A stretch of DNA of 64,000 nucleotides from Minisyncoccota bacterium (GCA_021209525.1 JAJOIF010000009.1:22285-86284); one strand, 5' to 3'; positions 1 to 8,139 are shown, numbered from the stretch's first letter. The notes: generated by a model from the sequence alone, not told the origin. Translations and numbers: made by a program.

Positions 1-299
1 GTTGGAATAGTTACCGAGCCGCCGCCCATACCAATATGCACATGCGGCTGATTAAAGTTGTTTTGATTCTGTATGTTTTGTTGGTTAAGGTTATGTGTTG
101 ACCATTCTGTAGATTGCTGATTTCCTGAATTCGAGCCCGGTAAACGATCTTGACCAGATGATGCATAGGTAGAAAATGCAGTTGCAAAGAGTAGTGCAAA
201 AGTCATTGCTTTTTTTCGTATCATTTCAATACGCACATCAGCACCAGATTCTGGTGTAGGTGTTTTTTCAGTGCGTGGTTGTGGTGTGAATGATTCCAT
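1..299 (-). CDS. Partial CDS (3' end lies beyond the window start): secreted Q/N-rich protein with an N-terminal signal-peptide-like segment
   Basis: The minus-strand reading frame is open from the window edge to an ATG whose reverse complement sits at 297-299. It translates as MESFTPQPRTEKTPTPESGADVRIEMIRKKAMTFALLFATAFSTYASSGQ..., so the alternative start at 222-224 would give a classic signal peptide. The ORF track missed this gene because its stop lies outside the window. Confidence 0.45.
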   Translation of the reverse strand, partial: MESFTPQPRTEKTPTPESGADVRIEMIRKKAMTFALLFATAFSTYASSGQDRLPGSNSGNQQSTEWSTHNLNQQNIQNQNNFNQPHVHIGMGGGSVTIP

Positions 300-445
300 A
301 TATATGCTTGTATATACAAAGTATATCATGATTTACTACCTAATAATTACATAATATATTATAACATTTTTTATTATAAAGTCAATGTATTGCGGTATGT
401 TTTTTGTTAGCAGTTTACTTTCAGGTTAGAATTCAAGAAAAATGC

Positions 446-474
446 TTGACATATGCACTCATATATGCTATACT
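446..474 (+). promoter_or_regulatory. Sigma70-like promoter: TTGACA (446-451), 17-bp spacer, TATACT (469-474)
   Basis: This is a direct read of consensus hexamers with optimal spacing. A near-identical copy lies at 1317-1345. Confidence 0.6.
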
Positions 475-528
475 ATTCACAACAAGTAGAGCTCTTTGAC
501 ATATATGTTTTTCATCGTTTTTTGATGA

Positions 529-580
529 GTTTGAGAATATAGTGAGCAGAATATACATTGTGCTTGATATATTCTCAAAC
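529..580 (+). repeat. Perfect 13-bp inverted repeat GTTTGAGAATATA / TATATTCTCAAAC (arms 529-541 and 568-580) in the 5' leader of the 599 gene
   Basis: I read this directly from the sequence. It could be a leader hairpin or an operator. Confidence 0.6.
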
Positions 581-598
581 TTAAAAAAACAAAAAACT

Positions 599-1069
599 AT
601 GAAAACAATAAAATTTTTAATACTTGCTGCTCTAGGAGTACTTGTATTACAGTCTTGCACCGACAAAGAAAATTGGTGTACCGGCCCAAATGGTAATCGC
701 TACCCGTGCGAAATCCCTCCTGGCGGTAACCCAGGCGGAGGTAATCCAGGTGGTGGCCAGGGTGGTGGCACGCCTATAGGAGTAGCTACTCCCATCCTGG
801 TAACCCAGGGAGGGACAAATACCCTCCTTGCTTTTGACCAATTCGGTCAAGAGCGCAGATTATTTGTATACACCGGTTCACAGGTATGTACAGATGGCTG
901 GGGAGGTGTATTTCCATGCGGTAGCATGGTGACCCTGGTGACAGAGTCTCCTGCTATGCGATCTGATATACAGATTGCATTTAATAATGGTCAAGCATTC
1001 TATGCTACCATTATCAATACCATCACTGTACAGACAGGGATGGGTTGGGTGACCTATTGGGTCATCTAG
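599..1069 (+). CDS. Secreted lipoprotein-like protein, Gly-rich and Cys-rich
   Basis: The N-terminus MKTIKFLILAALGVLVLQSC has a lipobox-like LQSC. There is a GGNPGGGNPGGGQGGG linker and paired Cys motifs such as YPCE and FPCG. I prefer the ATG at 599 over the track's GTG at 542 because it places the signal peptide at the N-terminus. A terminator follows the gene. Confidence 0.6.
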   Translation: MKTIKFLILAALGVLVLQSCTDKENWCTGPNGNRYPCEIPPGGNPGGGNPGGGQGGGTPIGVATPILVTQGGTNTLLAFDQFGQERRLFVYTGSQVCTDGWGGVFPCGSMVTLVTESPAMRSDIQIAFNNGQAFYATIINTITVQTGMGWVTYWVI

Positions 1070-1088
1070 AGCACCGTAAAAATAAATT

Positions 1089-1116
1089 GCTCTCACAAAA
1101 GTGAGGGCGATTTTTT
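1089..1116 (+). terminator. Rho-independent terminator (GCTCTCAC..GTGAGGGC stem followed by T6)
   Basis: A hairpin plus U-tract lies immediately after the stop of the 599 gene. Confidence 0.6.
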
Positions 1117-1316
1117 ATTGTGTTTTTATTAATTACTCCATCTCCGCAATTTGTGAGGTAGCGAACAAATGTGCAGGGTCTCGGCAGGTCAGACATGCCT
1201 CGTATCTTGCAATGAGTAGTCGGCACAAGCGCCCCAAAGTTTATCAGTGGTGCCAATATTGCGAGATCCCGCACAACTTTTCGCTCGTAAACTCGCTCAT
1301 AGTTTGCGGGAATAGA

Positions 1317-1345
1317 TTGACATATACACTCAATTATGCTATACT
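1317..1345 (+). promoter_or_regulatory. Sigma70-like promoter: TTGACA (1317-1322), 17-bp spacer, TATACT (1340-1345); near-identical to the promoter at 446-474
   Basis: The two promoters match at 28 of 31 positions: TTGACATATGCACTCATATATGCTATACTAT versus TTGACATATACACTCAATTATGCTATACTAT. Confidence 0.6.
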
Positions 1346-1379
1346 ATAAAAAAATTTTCTAACCTTAAAAAATGAAAAA

Positions 1380-1958
1380 ATGAAAAAACTAATCATCGGT
1401 AAAAGTATTGCGTATATAGTATTAGCAATACTTATTTTCGTACTTTCTTCTTGTAAAAAAGAAGAACTGTGCAGAAATGCACAAGGGTACATGGTGCCCT
1501 GCCACACCATCAACCAAAACCCTATTAATGGAGGTGGCGGAAACAATGGCGGTGGATCTACTGAAACAGTATGCCAAGATCATCTTGGTAACACTATTCC
1601 ATGCTTTGAAATAAACGGAGTATACTATACACCCATTGGTGAGCATGTATACGCAGGAGCGTATACTCGCTCAAGTGCCGTGAGTATTGGCACAAATTTA
1701 TGGAAAATCAGTGTTTGTGAGGTAGGTAGACAAACTCACCAGACAAACACTGGCTACATGGCCGATTTGGTTATCTCAAAAGGAACATCGGAGTATTATA
1801 CCGATGACTCTACGATAGCTGCTTTATTTACTGGCCAATTGCGCTACGTAAATGCAGTAAAAAAACCAAGTGGTGAAGTGTTTATAACCTATACAGATCC
1901 ATTTCAGGGTCCGACAGGTACACCATGCACTAACCCTAATCAGTGGGTGATCATTTAG
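1380..1958 (+). CDS. Secreted lipoprotein-like protein, paralogue of the 599 gene
   Basis: The N-terminus MKKLIIGKSIAYIVLAILIFVLSSC has a lipobox. There is a GGGGNNGGGS linker and recurring C-x(8-10)-PC motifs. Its C-terminus QWVII resembles the WVTYWVI end of the 599 protein. Confidence 0.6.
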   Translation: MKKLIIGKSIAYIVLAILIFVLSSCKKEELCRNAQGYMVPCHTINQNPINGGGGNNGGGSTETVCQDHLGNTIPCFEINGVYYTPIGEHVYAGAYTRSSAVSIGTNLWKISVCEVGRQTHQTNTGYMADLVISKGTSEYYTDDSTIAALFTGQLRYVNAVKKPSGEVFITYTDPFQGPTGTPCTNPNQWVII

Positions 1959-1975
1959 TATCACCCACAAACATA

Positions 1976-2006
1976 AAAGCCTCATCGAGAATGATGAGGC
2001 TTTTTT
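1976..2006. terminator. Bidirectional terminator (GCCTCATC-GAGAAT-GATGAGGC plus T6) between convergent genes
   Basis: The hairpin is flanked by an A-run upstream and a T-run downstream. It lies between the 1380 gene on the plus strand and tig on the minus strand. Confidence 0.6.
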
Positions 2007-2016
2007 AATGCATGTA

Positions 2017-3066
2017 TTATTTTTGTGCTGCAAAAAATGTAAAGACATTTTGATTTGTCAGGAGCGACGCCACATATGCGCGCACATTGTTTGGATCAAT
2101 ATCTTTCATGTCTTTGTATTGCTCAAGAATTTTTTGCGCATCATTTTCAACTTGTTCATCAGTTGGATGTAATTTTTCCTGGTGAGCAATTTTTTCAATA
2201 ATGAGATTCATAAGCGCTCTCTTGGTTGCAGATTCGTGCCAATCTTTTTTCATATCGTCGCGTGTTTTTTCAATTGCCTTGAGGTACTCATCAAATGCCA
2301 TGCCCGTCATTGCAATATCATATTCCATTTGCGCCATCATTTTTTGTAATTCAAAATCAACGAGCACATCAGGAACATCTGCTTGCGTTGCTTCAATTAA
2401 TGCATCAGCAATAGCGAGCTGTGTTTTCTCATATGCTTTGTTTTCTTTTTCTGCTTTGAGATTTTCAGTGAGCTTGTGAGTAAAATCTGCAACATCAGTG
2501 AAATCTCCCAATGTTTTCACATATTCGTCATCAAGGTCTTTGATTTCTGCATCTTTTGCTTCTTTGGGATCAACTCCGGCTGTAATAGCGTCATTTTGAG
2601 CACGCATTTTTTGAATCTGAAGAATAGCATCTGCGACTTCGGTTTCAGTTACTTCGGTATCTGTTGGTTTCGCCATTTCAGCGCGCGCAATACTCTTGTA
2701 GTCAGGAAGGTTAATATCCGGAACCACCGCTGTAGTAATCGTAAATCCAAGAGGATTCCCTTTGGCAAGTTTTGTAATATTCACCATAGGGCGACCAAGT
2801 GGGTCGAGTTTGTGTTCCTCAAGCAAGAGCGGATATGCATCAGCAACTGCCATATGTGCCATTTCATCTAAAATACGCATATCGCCAAGAGTTTTTTCAA
2901 GAATTTCGCGAGGTGCTTGGCCTTTACGGAACCCTTTGAGTTCTACGTCTTTACCTAATTGATCAAGTGCGCGGTCATAATACGGCTCAAAATCCGCATA
3001 GCTTATTTCTGCAATAATATCGACAGTGCTTTTTTCTCCTTTTTTGATTTCGCTCGTTATTTTCAT
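2017..3066 (-). CDS. tig: Trigger factor with N-terminal ribosome-binding and C-terminal chaperone domains; the PPIase domain is absent
   Basis: MKITSEIKKGEK...GFRKGQAPREILEK matches the trigger-factor signature motif GFRxGxxP. The C-terminal region aligns with the trigger-factor C-domain. At 349 aa there is no room for the FKBP domain. I chose the start at the internal ATG (3066) rather than the track's 3243. Confidence 0.8.
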   Translation of the reverse strand: MKITSEIKKGEKSTVDIIAEISYADFEPYYDRALDQLGKDVELKGFRKGQAPREILEKTLGDMRILDEMAHMAVADAYPLLLEEHKLDPLGRPMVNITKLAKGNPLGFTITTAVVPDINLPDYKSIARAEMAKPTDTEVTETEVADAILQIQKMRAQNDAITAGVDPKEAKDAEIKDLDDEYVKTLGDFTDVADFTHKLTENLKAEKENKAYEKTQLAIADALIEATQADVPDVLVDFELQKMMAQMEYDIAMTGMAFDEYLKAIEKTRDDMKKDWHESATKRALMNLIIEKIAHQEKLHPTDEQVENDAQKILEQYKDMKDIDPNNVRAYVASLLTNQNVFTFFAAQK

Positions 3067-3367
3067 ATATGATGATGTGGTTATGTAACAATACAGGGCA
3101 AGTGTATACGGTATGAGGCTTTTTGTCAAAAAAAACACCATTGGACAAGGCGTGGATAAGTTGTTATAGTAAAAAAGTAAGAATCTAGACAGATTGACCT
3201 TATTGACCGCACACCCTTCTTGCACGTTATTCATTTTAGACATTGACTCTTTATATCTAATTATATGCTACGCATACATTCATATCGACACACCTTAGGC
3301 CACGCACACCTACTCGTGAGAGCCGAGGCGTAGTCTCTATAGTTACTATAAAGAGGCACACAACACT

Positions 3368-4885
3368 ATGGGAGCATTCCTTGTGATCATTATCGCACTG
3401 GTAAGCATTGCTGCCGGATATGTGCTCCGCTATGTTGTTGCGCTTTCTCAAAAGAAATCTCTAGAAATAGAGGTGCGTCAAATCACTCTTGATGCACGGA
3501 CAGAAGCACAACATATCGTTGACAAAGCCGAAGAAAAAGCAGAGCAACTTACCCAAGAACTCAAAAAACGCGAAGAAAACAAAGAGCGCGATTGGAAAGA
3601 AAAAGAAAACCGTCTCGCCAAAAAAGAAGAAACACTTGATGCTAAACAAGTACATCTTGATGAGGAAATGAAAGCCATCAAGGAAAAAATAGAGGAAATC
3701 AACGCCCTCAAAGAAGGCATCCTCGCTACAAAAAACAACCTTGAAAAAGAAATAGAAACCATTGCACGCATGAGCGCCGAAGACGCGCGCGCGATGCTCC
3801 TTGAGAATATAGAGAAAAAATATCAAGAAGATCTCTTGGTGCGTATGCAAAAAATGGAGCATGTAAATCGCGAAGAGCTCGAACGACGATCTCGCGACAT
3901 TATGATTAGCGCCATGCAACGCTATGCACATAGCGTAGTAAATGATGTCACCACAACATCAGTGACGATTCCTTCCGAAGACGCCAAAGGCAAGATTATC
4001 GGAAAAGAGGGGCGCAATATTCGTACTTTTGAACGCGTTTCTGGCACTGAACTCATTGTAGATGACACCCCTGACACTGTTGTCATTGCATCATTTGACC
4101 CCATTCGACGCCAAATAGCTCGTGTCGCCCTTGAAAACCTTATCCTTGATGGACGCATTCAGCCTGCAAAAATAGAAGAATTCATTGAAAAAGCACGCGC
4201 TGAAATTAATACCATCATTAAACAAAAAGGAGAGCAAGCCGTATACGAAGTAGGCATTCTCAATTTTGATCCACGCATTACTGCTATTTTGGGACGACTC
4301 TATTTCAGAACGAGTTATGGACAAAATGTATTGCAACACAGTGTTGAAATGGCACATATTGCAGGGATGCTCGCTGAGCAATTAGGAGCAGATCCTTATG
4401 TTGCCAAAGCTGGCGCCCTCGTACACGATATCGGCAAAGCCCTTGACCATGAAGTACAAGGCACTCATGTGCAAATCGGTATGCGTATCTTGCGCAAGTT
4501 TGGAGCAGATGAGCGTGTGGTGACCGCCATGAAGTCACACCATGACGAATACCCTCATGAGTCGCTTGAATCTATTATTGTCACCATTGCAGACGCTATT
4601 TCTGGGTCTCGCCCAGGAGCACGGCGTGATAGCGTTGAGAATTATATCAAGCGTCTCCAAGAACTAGAGACCGTAGCGCTCGGATTCACTGGTGTAGAGA
4701 AAGCATTTGCACTTTCTGCAGGGCGCGAAGTACGTGTCTTTGTATATCCAGAACAAATCAATGACCTCCAAGCAAAACAACTGGCACGATCTATTGCAGA
4801 ACAAATAGAAAAAGACCTTAAGTATCCAGGAGAAATTAAGATCACTCTGATACGCGAAAATAGAATTGTTGAATTTGCAAGATAG
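3368..4885 (+). CDS. rny: Ribonuclease Y
   Basis: The protein has an N-terminal TM helix and a coiled coil. The KH domain reads GKIIGKEGRNIRTFERVSG and the HD domain reads HSVEMAHIAGMLAEQLGADPYVAKAGALVHDIGKA. Confidence 0.9.
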   Translation: MGAFLVIIIALVSIAAGYVLRYVVALSQKKSLEIEVRQITLDARTEAQHIVDKAEEKAEQLTQELKKREENKERDWKEKENRLAKKEETLDAKQVHLDEEMKAIKEKIEEINALKEGILATKNNLEKEIETIARMSAEDARAMLLENIEKKYQEDLLVRMQKMEHVNREELERRSRDIMISAMQRYAHSVVNDVTTTSVTIPSEDAKGKIIGKEGRNIRTFERVSGTELIVDDTPDTVVIASFDPIRRQIARVALENLILDGRIQPAKIEEFIEKARAEINTIIKQKGEQAVYEVGILNFDPRITAILGRLYFRTSYGQNVLQHSVEMAHIAGMLAEQLGADPYVAKAGALVHDIGKALDHEVQGTHVQIGMRILRKFGADERVVTAMKSHHDEYPHESLESIIVTIADAISGSRPGARRDSVENYIKRLQELETVALGFTGVEKAFALSAGREVRVFVYPEQINDLQAKQLARSIAEQIEKDLKYPGEIKITLIRENRIVEFAR

Positions 4886-4893
4886 CACCAAAA

Positions 4894-4926
4894 TAAAAAC
4901 ACCTCATTTGAGGTGTTTTTATTTTG
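4894..4926. terminator. Bidirectional terminator (AAAACACCTCA..TGAGGTGTTTTT) between rny and hup
   Basis: A hairpin with A/T runs on both sides lies between the convergent genes rny and hup. Confidence 0.6.
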
Positions 4927-4939
4927 GTGTTGTTGTGTA

Positions 4940-5215
4940 CTATGCAGCAACTTTGTCTTTCAAACCTTTTCCGGCTTTGAATTTTGGTACGCGCTTTGCA
5001 GCAACTTTTACCATTTCTCCTGTTTTTGGATTGCGTGCTTCGCGAGCTGCTTGGATTTTTCCAGAGAATTTTCCAAAACCTGCAATATCTACATCTGTTC
5101 CTTTTGCCATTGCATCAGCCATAGCATCAAAAATCATTTGCACTACGCGTTCTGCTTGTGCGCGTGTTCCTTGTAATTCTTCTTGTACCATTTGTGCAAG
5201 ATCTGCTTTCTTCAT
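4940..5215 (-). CDS. hup: DNA-binding protein HU
   Basis: MKKADLAQMVQEELQGTRAQAERVVQMIFDAMADAMAKGTDVDIAGFGKFSGKIQAAREARNPKTGEMVKVAAKRVPKFKAGKGLKDKV is a canonical HU fold. The start is the internal ATG at 5215. Confidence 0.9.
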   Translation of the reverse strand: MKKADLAQMVQEELQGTRAQAERVVQMIFDAMADAMAKGTDVDIAGFGKFSGKIQAAREARNPKTGEMVKVAAKRVPKFKAGKGLKDKVAA

Positions 5216-5411
5216 AAAATGTATTTCTTTTAGAAATTGTGTATAAAATCGACTACATACACTATGTATATGTGTAAATCTATTATATATCAAGGTTTTT
5301 TGAAAAGAAAACATTGACTTTTTTTATATCTGTGTTATTTGTATATAACAAAAAATTCTCGCCGATCACATGGCGAGAATTTTTTGATGTATTTTTAAAA
5401 TACGATAGGTG

Positions 5412-7040
5412 TTATTGATTATTACGAACGAGTGTTTGACCTCCATCAGAAGGAGTTGTTGGCGTATTTTCAAGAATAACACGATGTGCATATCCTTGTT
5501 TTACGCTTGGCCCATAGGTAAAGTCCGCAATTCCTACATAGAAACTCTTGCCGGCAATAGGTTTTCCGTTATGGTCAACCAGAGACGACTTATTTGCTTC
5601 ATATGCTTTGAGAATTTCACCAGAAGGAACCAAGGCCACCTCTTTGGTTTTGTCATGTGAAAGGGCAAAGATAACATCAATTCCCTTTTCTTGTGCTTTT
5701 TGTTGCAAGGCTTGAATATATTCAGCATCTTGAATCATTTCGTCACTCCACATAATGAGCGCTTTTTTCATTCCTTCAGCAGCAGGAGCTTCACGATCAA
5801 GCATTTGTATTGCTGAAGTAACAATGCGTTCTCTATTGTCGCCCTTATTCTCAATTTTCTTGATAAAATTATTGAATGATTTCAAATTCTTAATTTCAAT
5901 TCCAGCATCGGCATTGTGAGAAAATGATGCCACGTGCTTCATTTTTTCAAATACATCAGATCGTTCTCCGGCGTAGGTGCTGAGTCCATCAATCAACTCT
6001 GCATAATCTACAGACTGACTATTATCAAGACCTAATGTGAATGCATCGTATTGATCAAGGATACGGAACATTTCGAGGTTTGTAGTTCTTTCGTATAAAG
6101 AAGTATTTGTTTCTATAGATGGCTCAAGCACTTCGTAGTCTTCTTGAGGAACGTCTTGTTGATCTACGCCGCGAGTCACATCAAGCCTAAACTCAACAAT
6201 ACGTGCTTTTTGCAAGAGAAGCGCAAATTCTGCTGGGTTATTTTTTTGAAGGCTTGCAATTTCTGCTTCGGTAAAATTCTCGCCTGTTGCAGGATTAATA
6301 AACTCTGCAACATGTGTCACACCCCCTTCGGGCATTTCAAAAGTAATTTTTTTGTTTTTGATTTGCTCAATCACATCAGCAGAGAGTCCTGCTTGGGCAA
6401 AATCAAAATTTTGACGCGCATCATCAAAAATCTTGAATGCCGCATTCAAACGCGCTTCGGTGAGTGCCTCATTACCACGCTCACCCCATGCATTCGTTGG
6501 GCGTTCATCGCTCGATCCAAAGAGTTTCCAATCTGCATCGAGAATGTTTTGAGCTTCTGCAGCAGAAATTGAAGCGAGGAATTCTTGAGCGCTTTCATAA
6601 ATCTTTTGCGCTGATTCTGGAGAAATATCAGCCTTGTCTGTTTTGAATGTTTGTTCCACATCAATAGAGAAACCTTCTATTTTTTTATCTACTTTGGTTT
6701 TTGTAATAATCTCTGGTTCGTATTGAGAAAAATCAGAAAAGTACACCGTGCTCTTGTCTGCAGTTTTTTGAGTCGCCACTCGCTCTTGTTCAGTTTTAAA
6801 ATTTTTCTGAAAGTCTTCATGTGCTTTATTATCAAACGCATCTGCTTGTGTTCCTGCAGAACCTGCCATAGCACTAAATGCATGGAGCAACCCAAAAGCC
6901 GCTGCAAGCGCTCGCTTTTTCATAACAGAAAATTTTGACTCGACGAGCTCTGTGTCCCGAGGCTCTTGATCAAGAGCAAGGTCTTCGTGCTGCTGTTCTA
7001 TTTTTTTATTTACCAAAGACTCAATTTTTTTCATAGACAT
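5412..7040 (-). CDS. Hypothetical protein, probably secreted; no domain recognised
   Basis: This is a long ORF. The internal Met at 6923 (MKKRALAAAFGLLHAFSAMAG) gives a signal-peptide-like N-terminus and may be the true start. Confidence 0.5.
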   Translation of the reverse strand: MSMKKIESLVNKKIEQQHEDLALDQEPRDTELVESKFSVMKKRALAAAFGLLHAFSAMAGSAGTQADAFDNKAHEDFQKNFKTEQERVATQKTADKSTVYFSDFSQYEPEIITKTKVDKKIEGFSIDVEQTFKTDKADISPESAQKIYESAQEFLASISAAEAQNILDADWKLFGSSDERPTNAWGERGNEALTEARLNAAFKIFDDARQNFDFAQAGLSADVIEQIKNKKITFEMPEGGVTHVAEFINPATGENFTEAEIASLQKNNPAEFALLLQKARIVEFRLDVTRGVDQQDVPQEDYEVLEPSIETNTSLYERTTNLEMFRILDQYDAFTLGLDNSQSVDYAELIDGLSTYAGERSDVFEKMKHVASFSHNADAGIEIKNLKSFNNFIKKIENKGDNRERIVTSAIQMLDREAPAAEGMKKALIMWSDEMIQDAEYIQALQQKAQEKGIDVIFALSHDKTKEVALVPSGEILKAYEANKSSLVDHNGKPIAGKSFYVGIADFTYGPSVKQGYAHRVILENTPTTPSDGGQTLVRNNQ

Positions 7041-7256
7041 GTTATGTGTACTTACTGTGATTAATATACCAAGTATAGCATAGAGAACTTTTTGCTTACT
7101 TTTGTAAATATAATTATACCATTTTATTTTAAAAAAGTAAAGTGTTCGTCTTGAATTCTACCCTGAATGTAAACTCTCATACACCTCCGCAGGGGTTCTC
7201 TGCTCAAATAACTTTCTTGAAGCGTTTTATGCGTTAAACTTTTCGTCGCACATAAA

Positions 7257-7318
7257 CAAAATCTCTAAAAGCGCTGCTTTTAGGAATAATATTTGCAGTG
7301 TGCGGGTGGGGAGAATCG
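7257..7318. repeat. Direct-repeat copy 1: a duplicate of the tRNA-Gly(TCC) 3' end (18 nt, 7301-7318) plus its 44-nt trailer and hairpin
   Basis: It is near-identical to 7469-7530. It also matches the trailer of tRNA-Gly(GCC) at 10034-10080. Confidence 0.6.
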
Positions 7319-7379
7319 GTCACTCTCGCGGGTCTCGCTACGCGCTTTGCGCTTGCTGCGACCTCGCTCCCTTGACCTC

Positions 7380-7468
7380 CACGCGGGCCCTTCCTCGACT
7401 CTTTCGCATTCGCTTCAGAGTCTGCGGGCTTCGCGGGCCCTTGGTTCGATTCTTCCACCGCACGCAAA
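7380..7468 (+). ncRNA. Candidate structured RNA element (GC-rich, about 90 nt), copy 1; second copy at 9948-10033
   Basis: The element is about 65% GC in an AT-rich genome. Two helices covary between the copies: GGGCCC/GGGCCC versus GGACCC/GGGTCC, and GACTC/GAGTC versus GGCTC/GAGCC. Its 3' end carries a T-arm-like GGTTCGATTC. The strand assignment is tentative. Confidence 0.4.
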
Positions 7469-7475
7469 TAAAATT

Positions 7476-7496
7476 CCCAAAAGCGCTGCTTTTAGG
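7476..7496. terminator. Palindromic hairpin (CCCAAAAGC-GCT-GCTTTTAGG) shared by tRNA-Gly(TCC) and the upstream GC-rich element
   Basis: An A-tract, GC core and T-tract give a bidirectional terminator architecture. The longer 10-bp version at 10041-10063 is conserved. Confidence 0.45.
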
Positions 7497-7512
7497 AATA
7501 ATATTTGCAGTG

Positions 7513-7583
7513 TGCGGGTGGGGAGAATCGAACTCCCCTCTTCTGCTTGGAAGGCAGACATTCTACCAATAAACTACACCCGC
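7513..7583 (-). tRNA. tRNA-Gly (anticodon TCC)
   Basis: The reverse complement reads GCGGGTG-TA-GTTTATTGGTAGAAT-G-TCTGC-CTTCCAA-GCAGA-AGAG-GGGAG-TTCGATT-CTCCC-CACCCGC-A. It forms a cloverleaf with anticodon TCC. Confidence 0.85.
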
Positions 7584-7654
7584 ATGGGAGGACTTGGTTA
7601 TAGTATCAAATAATATTTTTTTGAGCAAGCCCTCGCTCTTCTCTCTACCAACTA

Positions 7655-8125
7655 CTATGCGTGCATCAATGAATCCAAATCAGCGAGAATAATATCAGCA
7701 TGCGTTGCAGGATCAACTTTTGGATACACTTTGATAATGACACCTTCTGGATTTATCAAAAAACTTGATCGTATAATACCGAGAAATGATTTACCAAACA
7801 TTGATTTTTCTTTAAGCGCACCAAATGCGGTGAGTGTTGTGCGATCAGTATCTGAAAGCAAGGTAAATGGTAATTGGTATTTTTCAGCAAACTTTTTATG
7901 GCTCTTTGGAGAGTCGGCACTTATTCCAATAACTTTGACTTGTATTTTTTCAAATTCATCATAGATATCACGCAATATACATGCTTGCTGTGTACATCCA
8001 GGCGTATCGTCTTTTGGATAAAAATAGATGAGCACATACTGGCCCCTATACTCAGAGAGAGTGTGTGTTTTTTCATCTTGATCAAGAAGGGTGAATTCTG
8101 GTGCCGGTGAGTTAATTTCAAGCAT
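7655..8125 (-). CDS. bcp: Peroxiredoxin Bcp/PrxQ (thiol peroxidase)
   Basis: FTLLDQDEKTHTLSEYRGQYVLIYFYPKDDTPGCTQQAC is the Bcp active-site signature. Confidence 0.85.
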   Translation of the reverse strand: MLEINSPAPEFTLLDQDEKTHTLSEYRGQYVLIYFYPKDDTPGCTQQACILRDIYDEFEKIQVKVIGISADSPKSHKKFAEKYQLPFTLLSDTDRTTLTAFGALKEKSMFGKSFLGIIRSSFLINPEGVIIKVYPKVDPATHADIILADLDSLMHA

Positions 8126-8139
8126 ATAATGTATACAAA

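Noticed and set aside
542-598. GTG start at 542 for the first lipoprotein gene
   Set aside because: It would place 19 residues ahead of the signal peptide. It would also run through the leader inverted repeat. The ATG at 599 gives a canonical signal peptide and lipobox.
2201-4885. Antisense or embedded track ORFs inside tig, rny and other long genes (e.g. 2201..2479, 2476..2871, 3461..3931, 3478..3771, 50483..51308)
   Set aside because: They lie wholly within genes whose identity is secure and show low-complexity composition. They are shadow ORFs.
7380-7468. Conventional tRNA gene on the plus strand
   Set aside because: There is a T-loop-like GGTTCGATTC, but the flanking 5-nt segments CTTGG and CTTCC cannot pair as a T-stem. 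No matching acceptor 5' strand exists. It is tRNA-like at most.
7257-7530. Integrated mobile element delimited by attL/attR at tRNA-Gly
   Set aside because: The duplicate extends 44 nt beyond the tRNA into the trailer and hairpin, which att cores normally do not include. The insert is only 194 bp and carries no integrase. I treat this as a tandem duplication and kept it as a lower-interest finding.
7234-7613. Track ORFs 7234..7467(-), 7293..7613(+) and 7300..7572(+)
   Set aside because: They overlap tRNA-Gly and the GC-rich structured element. Their amino-acid composition is Arg/Ser/Ala-rich and typical of translated GC-rich RNA genes. They are spurious.
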